Assembly (NCBI GenBank): GCA_964035545.1 | Contig: OZ037765.1 | Location: 24,799,504-24,863,503, forward strand | Reading direction: 5' to 3' | Length of the DNA stretch: 64,000 nucleotides | Source of the DNA: Bugula neritina | Taxonomy: Eukaryota > Animalia > Bryozoa | Shown here: positions 1 to 22,470 of the stretch, piece by piece | Position numbering within the stretch: position 1 is the stretch's first letter | Layout: each line of letters begins with the position of its first letter | Notes under the pieces: model-generated | Seen by the model: only the letters and a program-made list of their open reading frames with translations | Databases searched by the model: none | What the model was told of the DNA's origin: nothing | Made by a program: the position numbers and the translations under genes

Positions 1-2111
1 AGGCCGCAGGATTCTAAGCCCGCTCGGATTCCCCGAGTTTATATCAATGTCGATGGGGTTCTCAAAGATTTCCAATTGATAGTTTACAGAGCTCTTAGTG
101 TGACAGTCTGTGCTCTAATAGATGGTAAGTGCTAATTATTCGGAAAATATGAAGCTCTGTCATAATTGGCTCAACATTTATAAAATATCTCTGAATACTG
201 CTGTGTTGTGATTTGAATTTTTTTAACTGAATTTTAAGAAAATCATCTCAGCATTATGTTTGTTTTCTCAAAATTATAACAAAGCTTGAAAACCATTGAG
301 TTTAGACTTGAATATTCTTTTGTCTAGAGGTACAAATAAAAATATTGTATTCAGTAAAACAGAGCTTTGCCTTAACTTGTAACATATGACAGGTTGTGCT
401 TCAACTAACTTTGAAGTGGAAAAATATAGATAAAATTGTTATGAAATAGTAGAAAAGTGTTTATTTTTATCACAAGCAACTTATCAACTTAGGATTCTTT
501 CCTAAACTTGTATTTACTATTTGGATATCAGTTTTATGTAATTTATGTTCATTTGTAGGATCATACACAATTACACCAGCCTTTTCCAAAAAATTCGATG
601 CGGAGTTAGGTCCAACTTTGACTGAATTAGCATCAGAAATAGTGCAGAAATACCCTTCAAAGCCTTCGAGGTTAGTTTTTTCAAGTGCTGTGCAGTTTAT
701 CTATAAATGCATGTTATAAGAATACTAAAATACATTCTTTACGTAAATGCCTGGTTAGTTTTAGAGCTTGAATTAAGCCGAGTTGTATTGAGGGAAACTA
801 TTGGTAGAGCTCTAAGGAAATTATTAAGCTATTCTTTGGCTTTATTCTACCATTGTCTGTGTTGAAGTCATGCTTGTTCTATGTCTATTGAAGCGGGACA
901 GACCTTACCATAAAGTATATTTATTTCAATCACATGAATTTGGCCACTAAGACCACAGTCCATGTAGACACTAGGAAGACTCGACTAGTCAGTGTACCTG
1001 CTGATATACTCAGCACCGTGGCTGACATGAATGCTAGTCTAAAACGGTAGGCTTATTTGGCATATTATTATATATGTGTATGCGTGTGTATGTGTTTGCA
1101 TGCGTGTGTCCTGAAACATATTTAAAGAGCGCGTGTACCAATTTGTTTGTTAGTGTGTATTAAATACTTATTGACTTTTTTGCCTTTCTCTTTAGCTAAT
1201 TCTTGTTATTTTACAACATAAGATATAACTTGAAGAACCAAACATATTAGCATGTGAATGTTTTGCAAAATTCAGATTTTTGATTAATGTTTCTCAAGTG
1301 TGTTGAGTTGCCATTTAAATGGCAAAGGTCAAAGTTTACTGCTGATATACAACATCTATCCAACAGTGAATTAATCCATATATTATTTCACGAGTATTAA
1401 CTTTGATTTAAAAGCATAGTTTAATAAATTGCAGTGTTGAACATGATGCAGAGTGCCTGGTGCGCACAGCTGGAGAGTATTGGGTGGTATGCAAAAAGTC
1501 AGACACCAGGGAATTATATGTCGTCATATGTGATAAAAATGCTAATCTCACCCAGATTAATGGTAAGACAGTTAGTATAGGTAGTATAAGTGGTTTACAC
1601 CTTTTTGTTATAATTTTCGTAATATTTTGAGAAAAAATCGTTTCACCTTAATTGATTAAATGAATATATTTTTTCTTCAAAAAATTATATTTGTTTAAAA
1701 TTGAACTGATGGTTAAGTAAAGTATAGAACTTTACTATTAGGGGTTTTCTACTAACATTGTTTTTTGCTGACGTGGGTATTCTTTGGTATAAAGACATTA
1801 TTTAGTCACTCTGAAAAGTAGTTTATTTTGTTGAGCAAACTTTTGAGCAATTGATAAACAGATGAGTTACTCATTAAATGTGCAATGTATTAAAATAAGA
1901 AGTTTTTTGTAACTTAGAATTTTGTTTTGTTGGTACCAAGTTCCAAATATGTCAGGTTATGATTTTAGATCACTGTATGAAATTCTTTTTGCTAATTATA
2001 ATAACGTGTGTTCAGTTTGTTATTGCTAATGAACTGACTTCTTAAATCTTTTTAGATGAAGTTAAAAGACTCTGTTTGACTCAATTCACCAATATGTTCC
2101 AAATTGATTGA
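1..2111 (+). CDS. CCZ1: Vacuolar fusion protein CCZ1 homologue, last 5 exons (5' part outside window)
   Basis: Exons ~1-124, 560-670, 894-1046, 1435-1562, 2056-2111 splice (GT-AG) to ...FQLIVYRALSVTVCALID...LGPTLTELASEI...KYIYFNHMNLATKTTVH...EYWVVCKKSDTRELYVVI...NANLTQINDEVKRLCLTQFTNMFQID*, matching the CCZ1 C-terminal longin region as I recall it (FIYFNHMNLAEKSTVH, YWVVGKKSDRRELYV, EEVKKLCATQF). Confidence 0.93.
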
Positions 2112-2726
2112 TGGACCATATCCATGCACACAAGAGCAATGAATACAGCTTGATTGCAATAACAGGCAAAGATTTATGGACCTAAGTTTTTAACAATATT
2201 GCCTGATCATTATTGGTCTATCATGATTTACGTAAGATGGTGATTAGAGTATTGGGTCATTTTTGTTTAAACACTTTTATTTATTACAAGGATTTTCTAC
2301 TCAATCCATTTTCAGATATATTTTTGTACCGTTGTATTGAGGAATAATTTTTTGTCTTTAAGACGCTGGGCGAGCTGCAAAGTATTTCATTCCTGCAAAA
2401 AACCAAATAAAATAATTAGTACAAAAATTTAACAATTGGTCTAGTTGCTGATAGTGATGTTTATGTTCTCCAATACATTAATTTTTCATTAGTTAAATAA
2501 GTTAAGTTTTTATCCTAAATGAATTGGATAATTTTAAATTTTCCCTTTGGAATTTTATCATGAAAAATTATCCACTTGTGAACAATAATTAGCAGCTGCT
2601 AGAATTAAAGCAAATACTTTGCTTTGTAAAATATTAACAAAGTTTTCAATTTTGTAAAATAAATGTAAACAATTAGAGTTCTTATCTAGTGCGTCTTGTA
2701 TTTTTTGGTTTCTGTTTTGCATTATA

Positions 2727-7580
<4,854 letters not shown>

Positions 7581-7629
7581 GGTTACGTCGCGCATGAATT
7601 CGAAAAGGTGAGCTTCGATTTCTAACTTG

Positions 7630-7756
7630 CTGCTTATATATGCATGTGTGCCAAGTAATCCAAACACCAGGTGCTGCTGATCCCAAACACCTCCTTAGTT
7701 TATCTTCTTATCTTTGTACTTCTCTACGTAATAGCTTGCTAAAAACTTGATAAAAC
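7630..7756 (-). promoter_or_regulatory. TATA box plus GATA-site cluster upstream of GH9 paralogue 1
   Basis: Minus strand TATATAAG at ~7634-7641, about 55-60 nt upstream of the ATG; tandem AGATAAGAAGATAAA (minus) at ~7699-7713 and TGATAA (plus) at ~7748. Confidence 0.5.
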
Positions 7757-8100
7757 AAATACACCCCAGACATGATGACAAAAACAATTACCTAGAGAGA
7801 AAATGTAGCAGCCATAAGTGTTTTTCTTGGCAAATTTAGCTTAGCATTTCTGTGGCTCACTAAAAGCAATGCTAGTATTATTGTGAATTTACGCTTCACT
7901 GTTGATTATAGGGTCTATTTAGGCAAAGCTATTTCACCAGGTTTACGGTTGCTAACACTTTATTCTATTTATTCTAAGACACTAAATAAAACTATACAAT
8001 TATCAAAACACGTTACATAATCAGAGAGAGAGAATATACAAGACTTTACAATTCTCAATGCTATCTGCTGGCTAGTCAAGTAGACTACAAGTAGTCAGCT

Positions 8101-9056
<956 letters not shown>

Positions 9057-10514
9057 TTGTCCTTTTGATATACATATATACAAAATCTCTACAGTATTTA
9101 GAATTTTTACTCTCTAATTGATTGCATAGCAAAGTTTTGTTATTGAAATTCACCATAAAGCTCAAAATTTCTGTAGATTATTATTTTTATTATAACATAG
9201 GCAACGGTCTCCATGAGCTTTAAATTTAATATTAAATTATTTAACATTAAGGTTTTGCCGCTTGCAAAAAGTTTGCAGATTTTTGCAATAAACTGATTTT
9301 AAATATTGTTTGGCGCTTTATCTACATGTAGTAGCTATTTATAATTACTTTTGGAGATTTTAGGAATAAAATTTTGACATGACTACTTTAAACAAATGCG
9401 GAAAGATAATAATAACTATATTTACTTGAGCAGCAATTAAATTGTTGGTTTTCTTCCCTTAAAATTAAGGTATAAAAGTAGTGTGGGACAGTAATATAAA
9501 GCTGCTTTATTCTTAGGCCTAAATTGTCTTCCCTTGAGCTTAGTCTTAGATTCAGCTCACAGCTCGCTCTAAACATGCAGCTAATTTTTATTACATTAAT
9601 AATTACATACCATTTGTGAGGGGCTAAAAAGTACAAAAGATTTTTTATTACAGCTGTTTGTTTAGATTAAAATTTAAACCTGTAAATATTTCCATGTAAT
9701 GCATTTCACAGGTGGTTGATGAAATAGTATTTGAAAACCAGTGAGGTGTGTAAAGAAAAGCCTGGTTGGTTTGCAAATCCCACAATCACTCCACCCAATA
9801 GTCTTTAGACCTGTTCACACCAATGTCACTAGGAGTTATTTACTCATGTTTGAGTATTGACAGTCAAAGAGCTACAGATGGTAGTCTATAGCTCTAATAG
9901 TTCAAACTTTGCTAATTTAGGTCACTGCTAAGATTGAAACTACAAAACTGATCTGCAATTATATATAGAAGTAATTTATTATTGATTGACTTTGCAAAAG
10001 TTGAATTCTATATATTATAATGCATGTTAACATCAGTGTGAAAAGTATTTCAAGTTGCATCATATTTTCTCTATAGCCATTTTCTGGGATAATAAGATTT
10101 GCTTCAGGCTATACAGAATTCACAGCAAAGTACTTCATTCCTGCAAATACAAGTGTAAAGTTAAAACAGAAACAGACTGTAGTTCAGCTATAATAGCGTA
10201 CAATTTGTTCATATATAAATTAAAAAAAAGACAGATAAGTTAACAACACAATATAATATATAGCATATAATTTATTGCCACACTGTTAGCTTGTTTACAC
10301 AGAGGCAGTAAAAAGTTTAAATACAGGCAGCATTTGTATAAATACAGAGTTGTGCTTTATCTACATTTTAAAATGATTGTAACTTTCACTGTCTTTGTTC
10401 TCTACGGTCTAAAGTGTTTTACTAAAAATAAAATTTAAAGATAATATCCTTTTCAAAAACTTGTTCAAGGAACGGTTTTCAACTAGAAACCCTCAACAAT
10501 GGAATAATACTCTA

Positions 10515-15485
<4,971 letters not shown>

Positions 15486-16089
15486 GCTTACATTTACCAA
15501 AAAGTATAAGTTGAGTTGTCCACTTTTTAAGTGAACTAGAATGTAATATTAGAGCATCGCTATCTTAGGTAATGCCTTCAATTGTATCTAACATAACAAG
15601 ATCCAGGTGTGAGCTTTCCCATGCCAAAGTAAAACTTATAGATTCATGTTTAACTTTCAAAATTTTTTATTCAAAATCATGCTGGGCATTTTTTTACATA
15701 CATTTCAATAGAACTTCATTCTATGGTGAAATCAGCATTTACTAGTGTGTACCTAGCTCACTTCCTTGGTATTGCAATTATACGTCTATTTTTAGAACAT
15801 TGTATACACGCAGCTATAGCAGGTACATCTGAAATATTGCATTGCAGCATGATAGTACACATTTTATTTATATAACGTCTATGCTGCGCTTCAGTTTTTT
15901 ATTATTTCATGAGTTATGATGCGAAACATAAGGTGAAAACTGTTTCAAGTAAAATTATTGGGAAGACCTATAAAACTTTGCAAAAATAGCTTTTTTCTCC
16001 TATAGCACTAGTATCTAATTTATATTCTCATATAATACTATAAGACTTACATTTGAAAAAAATGAGCTACCAATTTTGGTATCCATAAT

Positions 16090-16420
16090 AAAAGTGATAT
16101 GACGCCAATGCATTTTATGAGACTACCGAGAGAGGTCAACCGCGCGACTGGTGACGATATGGTCAGGTTCATAATAATCCTTTCAGTTCGGAGAACACAA
16201 GAAACCAAAAGCAAAACCCCTAAGCAAACTGGACACTAGTAAAATAACAGAAAATTGAAAGTTGGCGAAAGCAATAGACAGAGCACTGAAAAATTTCAAC
16301 AACTTTGAACATATGAAAGTGAGAGCACAGTGGAAAACTCTCAAGACAATAGTGTATAAAACAACAAAAAATGTATGTGAAATGTCTAAGTGCAAGGACT
16401 AAGAGTAGTTTGATAAAAAA
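16090..16420 (+). mobile_element. Decayed non-LTR retrotransposon fragment (RTE-like, region between endonuclease and RT)
   Basis: Reading through stops gives KPKAKPLSKLDTSKITEN*KLAKAIDRALK...AQWKTLKTIVYKTTKNVCEMSKCKD*E*FD, resembling the RTE pattern KLN.SKL...W..LK..IY......K.K.QDWFD. Recognised by eye only. Confidence 0.5.
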
Positions 16421-16626
16421 ATCTACAGCTTGTAGCTGATTTTGTAGCTAGAGCAACAAAACAGTGAGAGAAACAATATGCTGGACTGGGTGGAAAGAGA
16501 CAGCTAAAATTCTACAACCTGTAGCAGATACCAATAACATGAAATCATTGTATGGACACTACTTTTCAATTGTATACATGCATTGCTACATACATGTGTC
16601 TTGTTTGTGATAAATATTGTGTACAA

Positions 16627-16818
<192 letters not shown>

Positions 16819-18590
16819 GAACAAACATATTATTTTATTTGTTTAGTTGTTGTTACATTAAGTATACAGTAATAACAACTAAATATTTTGCCCTAATAGT
16901 TTATAGCTAAAAATCTTTTTAATTGAAACACTCAAGGTTTAGGAAAAACACCTGCAGAAGAGACATGCAGATTTCAGAGTTCACCAGAGGTGTATACAAA
17001 TAACTAATGCATCAGATGTTAGTGATCTGATAAACTTACAGATACAATATAAAGCTGATAGAGACAGTAGGCTACAATCTAAATGTGAATGTGAATAAAG
17101 ATATTTGAAAAAGTTAATCAATTAAGACATTGCTACTGTATCTGGTATAGAAGGACCTGCAATCAGTAATGAAAGATGTAACTCAGTTGGCAGACCTGAA
17201 GGATTTGATCTGTCTCTACAACCAACTGTAGTTAAGTCAATTGCAAACAGAAGGAAGTTTTACTGTAGAGGGTTTGAAGGAGGAGATGCCGGAAAATTGC
17301 TCTCTAGAAGTCTCTGCAGAATTAACATGGAAGCTTCATCCACTAAGTTCTGTATTTTTATGCTGTGGCATTAATCAAATTGTAGTACGACTTTTTAGCC
17401 GGTTGTCAGTTCTCACTTTACATATGTCGCCTTGTCCCATCAAAACAACAGTGAGAGAGAGAGTCTTGCATTTTTTATGCTTTTACTATGTTTTCCTTTT
17501 TGTTTTACTCTATCTTCATGCAGGTTTACTTTGTAGTCCTATAATAGTGTTCATTTTAAGTTAATGATTGTTTGATTATTTCACAGTTCCTCTAATTGGT
17601 ATAACTCCTTCAGTGTTAGAAAATATCCCAGGAGAAGAGTTTAAGTGTAATTGTAGCTCTACAGGAGAAGATCCTCTCAGCATATGAATACAGTAAATAT
17701 AGTTGTGTTTAAATATAAAGAGTTTGTTGGCTTCATGTTCAGCACCAAACAAGTTGGTGGTTATCATTAAAAAGATTGTCAAATCAACTTAGTGTACGTA
17801 CTATATAAAAACATTAGTCCATGCATTGCTTTCACAAATAACGTTAAATCCTATTTCAAAACTAGTTAATGCATGCATAACACTGAAAAAATGGTAATCC
17901 AACTCATAAGTTTCCATCGAATTTAGTAAAAGCTGATTATAAAAGCACGAAACTAAAATATCCATTCTTGAAAGAGTTTAATCGTTTCTATTTTACTGAC
18001 TCATACTTTACCAGAACCAATTCATGGAAATTACTTCCACAAGGTTTGAAAAGAAACTGCATGCTGACACAGCACCCAAAGTAGAGACTTGAGATTAAGA
18101 GAATAATATCAATCAGGATTAGCAAAATGCAGAGAAATGAAAATAACTTGAGCTCTGCATTGCATGATTGATTGTCTTAGCCAAATTTAAACACACTGTG
18201 TATTGTTGCGCACCATGTAAAAACGCATAGGCAATCTACAGAATTTTGCAATAAATAATTTATTTATTTCGTATCTTAATTAAACATAATATTACAAAAT
18301 TTCTAATGCAATTATATATAAACTGTGTGACAAAAGCAATTAGCACCAGATAACACCAGGTGGAGCCTCAAAGTTTGAGACTGAAAGTGTTGACCTCAGA
18401 CCTCCCCTTACAGTCCCAGCTTTCCGTATCTAACACTGCTATACTGTTTACATGACCTCAGCCTGAAATTGAATATTTGTGTCAGAAAATGCTTAATTCA
18501 TAAATAAAGATAGTCAATGCATAGCTTTTCAGCGTTTGGTCAATAAGTAATATAAGTATTTGGTCAGTAAAGTTATGTAGCAGGTAACTG

Positions 18591-18877
<287 letters not shown>

Positions 18878-19075
18878 CACAATATAACGCATCTTATAAG
18901 CTTGTGATCATAGACTACAGCTACTTTTCTTTCTGCCATTCACTTAGAAAAAGTAAAACAATCGTCATGTTTTAAATAAAATAATTAATTATTATCACAC
19001 AATTGACTATTTTTCAGGATTAATTTTTAGATCTGTAGCTAGCTTATTGATCTCAAGCCTCAAGAATTGAAATAT

Positions 19076-19539
19076 TGTAGTGGATGTGGGAAAGTATATT
19101 CCCTCCCCCACATGTACTTGCAGCAGAACTGTGACATTGTATTATATTATGGAGTTTTATAAGTTCCAAGAGATCACAACTCCGTAAGCTATGCTGCAAT
19201 CCCAGGTGGCACCAGGTGTCACTCCATATGGTGACACCGTCGGAACCCCCACCGGCCAATCAGCACCAACCTGTGAAATATGAACAGTGCCTTCCGGCGC
19301 CTAGTCTCAATCGGAGGATAACTGTCACATAGACTAGGATAATATTGTGTAGCTGTTCTATATGTATATTATTTTCTTTTGTAATTATCTGATGACTTTG
19401 TTTTGTATCTAATTAGCTCTAAATATATCAATCTCCTATAAACGTAAACTAATTCGGTTTCTCTCGCAACCTCAGTAAGACATGCCGCAGTAATTCGTGT
19501 GTACAATAATACCCCCACTTAGTAGTGCATAAAACTACA
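19076..19539. mobile_element. Solo LTR (probably Ty3/gypsy type)
   Basis: 464-bp segment starting TGTAGT and ending ACTACA (6-bp inverted termini, TG...CA), flanked by a 4-bp ATAT direct repeat (19072-19075, 19540-19543); GC-richer than its flanks. Confidence 0.75.
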
Positions 19540-20154
19540 ATATTATAGTTTAATTTCAAGCAGTGGCATTTATCGGGAGATAACTTTCAAGGATATTTCC
19601 CACACATTTATTTACCTTGAAGCTTCAAGATTTGGAAGATTTTGCACTAACTTGTAAAACTGGTAGATAAACCTATCCCCATTAGCAAGAAAATAAGAAC
19701 ACTTGGCAGCTTTCTAAAAGTTATGCAGCTACAGGCAAAAGAAGAGTTTAAAAAATAAGTTAGAGTTGTCTCCTCGAGTTTCATAGCCGTTTATGCAGCT
19801 CTTTGAGCTCTCAGTGTAATAGTCGATGGCTAATAATGTGCTGAATCTAAAGACATACATAAATCTAGTTTAAATTCACAAGTTACTATAACGCAAACTT
19901 TCAGATACTCGAAACAACCATACCGATGATTTTGAAAAATATGGTTCCTAAGCTATATAATAGCGATGATGACTTGCAAATAATTTTAGTTATAGTGACA
20001 CTGATAGTTCAGTGAGACTGGCAAAATATTCCAATTACTTATGACTTAGCTCTTCAGTTGTAATAGAGGTAATCACATTTCACTAGACATTGACAACATA
20101 ATTTGTTTTTGATGGCAAACGTCAAGTTACAATGCTATTTAATTGTGTGTTGAT

Positions 20155-21300
20155 TATCAGTATGAGTAAAACACTAAGACTAAGAGTAAGAGTATCACTA
20201 TCACTATCAGTATGAGTATCACTTTATCAGTAGTATCAGACTCAGTAACACTAACTGACTAAGAGCAAGACTAAGAGTAAGACTAAGCCTAACAGTAACA
20301 CTAGCCGTAACATTAACTGTAAGTCAAAGTGTAGCACTAATTCTAACTTAAACTTAAGTTAAACTAATACTGTAATAGTAACACTATCAATCAGTATTAC
20401 TATTACTATTACTATTAGTATTAGTATTACTATTACTATCAGTATCAGTATTAGTATTACTATTAGTATTACTAATAGTAATACTTATACTTATACTAAT
20501 AGTAATACTAATAGTAATAGTATAAGTATAACTACAAGTATTAGTATTACTATCACTTCAATACTAACTGTATTACTATTACTATTACTATTAGTATTAG
20601 TATTAGTGTTGCTAGTTTTACTGTTGGTTTTAGTTATTACAGTTTGAGTTTGTGAATTACTTTTAACTGCATTTTAAGTTTTAGATTTTAGTTTTAGTCT
20701 TTAAAACTAGAACTGAAAAGTGAAGTATATAATTAAAGACAATTTCAAACAATATTAAATTTGATATTACTCATAATATTATTATTGGTTTCAATTTTAA
20801 ATCCAAATAAGGTTAGTTTTAAGAGTTTCAGTTTGAGCTCAAAGTCACAAATCGCCATCGTCATCTTGATCATAGTCCTTTATTTAACTTAATTCAACTT
20901 TGAGGCTTAAATCATAAATTGAAAAATAAGTTTGAAGTTCAAGTTGTTTTATAGTTATATCCATGTGCAATGGCGAGGCCGAGAGCCCATGACTGGCACA
21001 CGAGTCGTAACTCATGGCCGTTACAGTTACTAAAAACAAAAGTAGTTCAATTCAAAGCATTGAAATTAGTATTCAAATAAAGATCAATTTTATTTCTTGG
21101 TGAAGTTTTGACTCACCCTCAGGCCTATGATATGCCTATGTCATAGCTAAGCATTTGAATTTGTAATTTCAGATTAAGATTTGCTTCCAGTTTTAGTTTG
21201 AGACTATGCTTGTGATGTTTATTTTTTAGTTCTAACTTCACTTTGTCTTTGCATTTCACTATCATTACGAGTATCACTACCACTGTATCAATTTAAATTG
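20155..21300. repeat. 6-bp-periodic A-N-T low-complexity tract upstream of Keap1 coding exons
   Basis: Degenerate AGTATT/ACTATT/AGTAAT/ACTAAG hexamer arrays with internal inversions; core 20160-20720. Confidence 0.85.
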
Positions 21301-22470
21301 ATTTTTACTCTCACAAGTTACAGATATTCTTATTGTAAGTGTAACAGGCTGTCTTATTCATGTTGTACTTTGTTATTCTTGTACGTATGCAGTTCTAATT
21401 ATTATGTTTATCAACCTTACTTGTTTTGAATATAGAGTACTAGTACAAGTAGGGTATAAAAATTGCTAAACCAATTTGGTAAAGTTGATATTATTTATTT
21501 TTATTACTTGAGTAAAAAGTAAAGAGTAATTGCAATTTAATTTCAAATATTGAATTGAGTAGATTTATAATCGCCGATTTCTATATTGTAATTGTCATAC
21601 TCATTGTAATGCGGATTAAAGTGTGAGGTTTAACCTGAACATTTAACATATCAACTTAAACTTTAAAGTTCAACTTTTTAGCATTATATAGTAATATAGT
21701 TGTAAAGACATGTAACGAGTGGAGTTTCTATATTGTTAGCTTAGAGTGAATATATTCATATGATACTTTCCAAGAAGCTTAGCTTTTATCTGGATGGTTG
21801 TGATAACATAGTTTATAATTGAGCTGATGTTTATTACTATACTGTTGCTATAGGACATACTTTTGTTATGCAAATACTAGAATTAAAACATAAACTGTCA
21901 AAATCAAATGTTTAATTACTTTTTTATAAAGATCACCAACTTCTAAACTATAATTTGATAACATTGATTTTAGAATACAAATTTATTCTGGCTCTCTGAT
22001 ATTGTAGATTTAACTATATACAGCAATTTTAATCTACAATAATTTGTATCTTTTTGAAGCTTCACCTATCAAAATTATGTCATTTTAGTTTAAAAAAAAT
22101 AATTGACAATTAACACAAACTTGCAATTTGTAAGAGCCTTCAAGTTCTCTAACAGCAAAAAATGAATTATATTCTTTTAAAGAAACTTTCTTAATGCCAG
22201 CCAATAGATTTATTTGACATTTGAAAGTTTTGACAACTTGGGTAAATGATTTTGCTGTTACAAAATCCTTGAATTTTGTCAATGAAATGCTATCTATTTT
22301 TATATAGGTGTTGAATAAGTGTCACAATGGTCAGGTTGTGACAGTTTGGTCAGAATAACAAAGACGTGGAGTCATAGTACAATTGCTCCACACAGAGACG
22401 TGACAACTCATATATGAGAAACTCAAAAAAACTCAGCATGTCATCTCAGGATGTGCCCGTGTTCACTGGG

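Noticed and set aside
10444-10453. U12-type donor-like ATATCCTT strings (10444, 29820, 50561)
   Set aside because: On the wrong strand or not at exon boundaries; the introns I traced are GT-AG.
20155-20720. CRISPR array or telomeric repeat interpretation of the periodic tracts
   Set aside because: No constant repeat with unique spacers, no TTAGGG-type unit, and a eukaryotic context.
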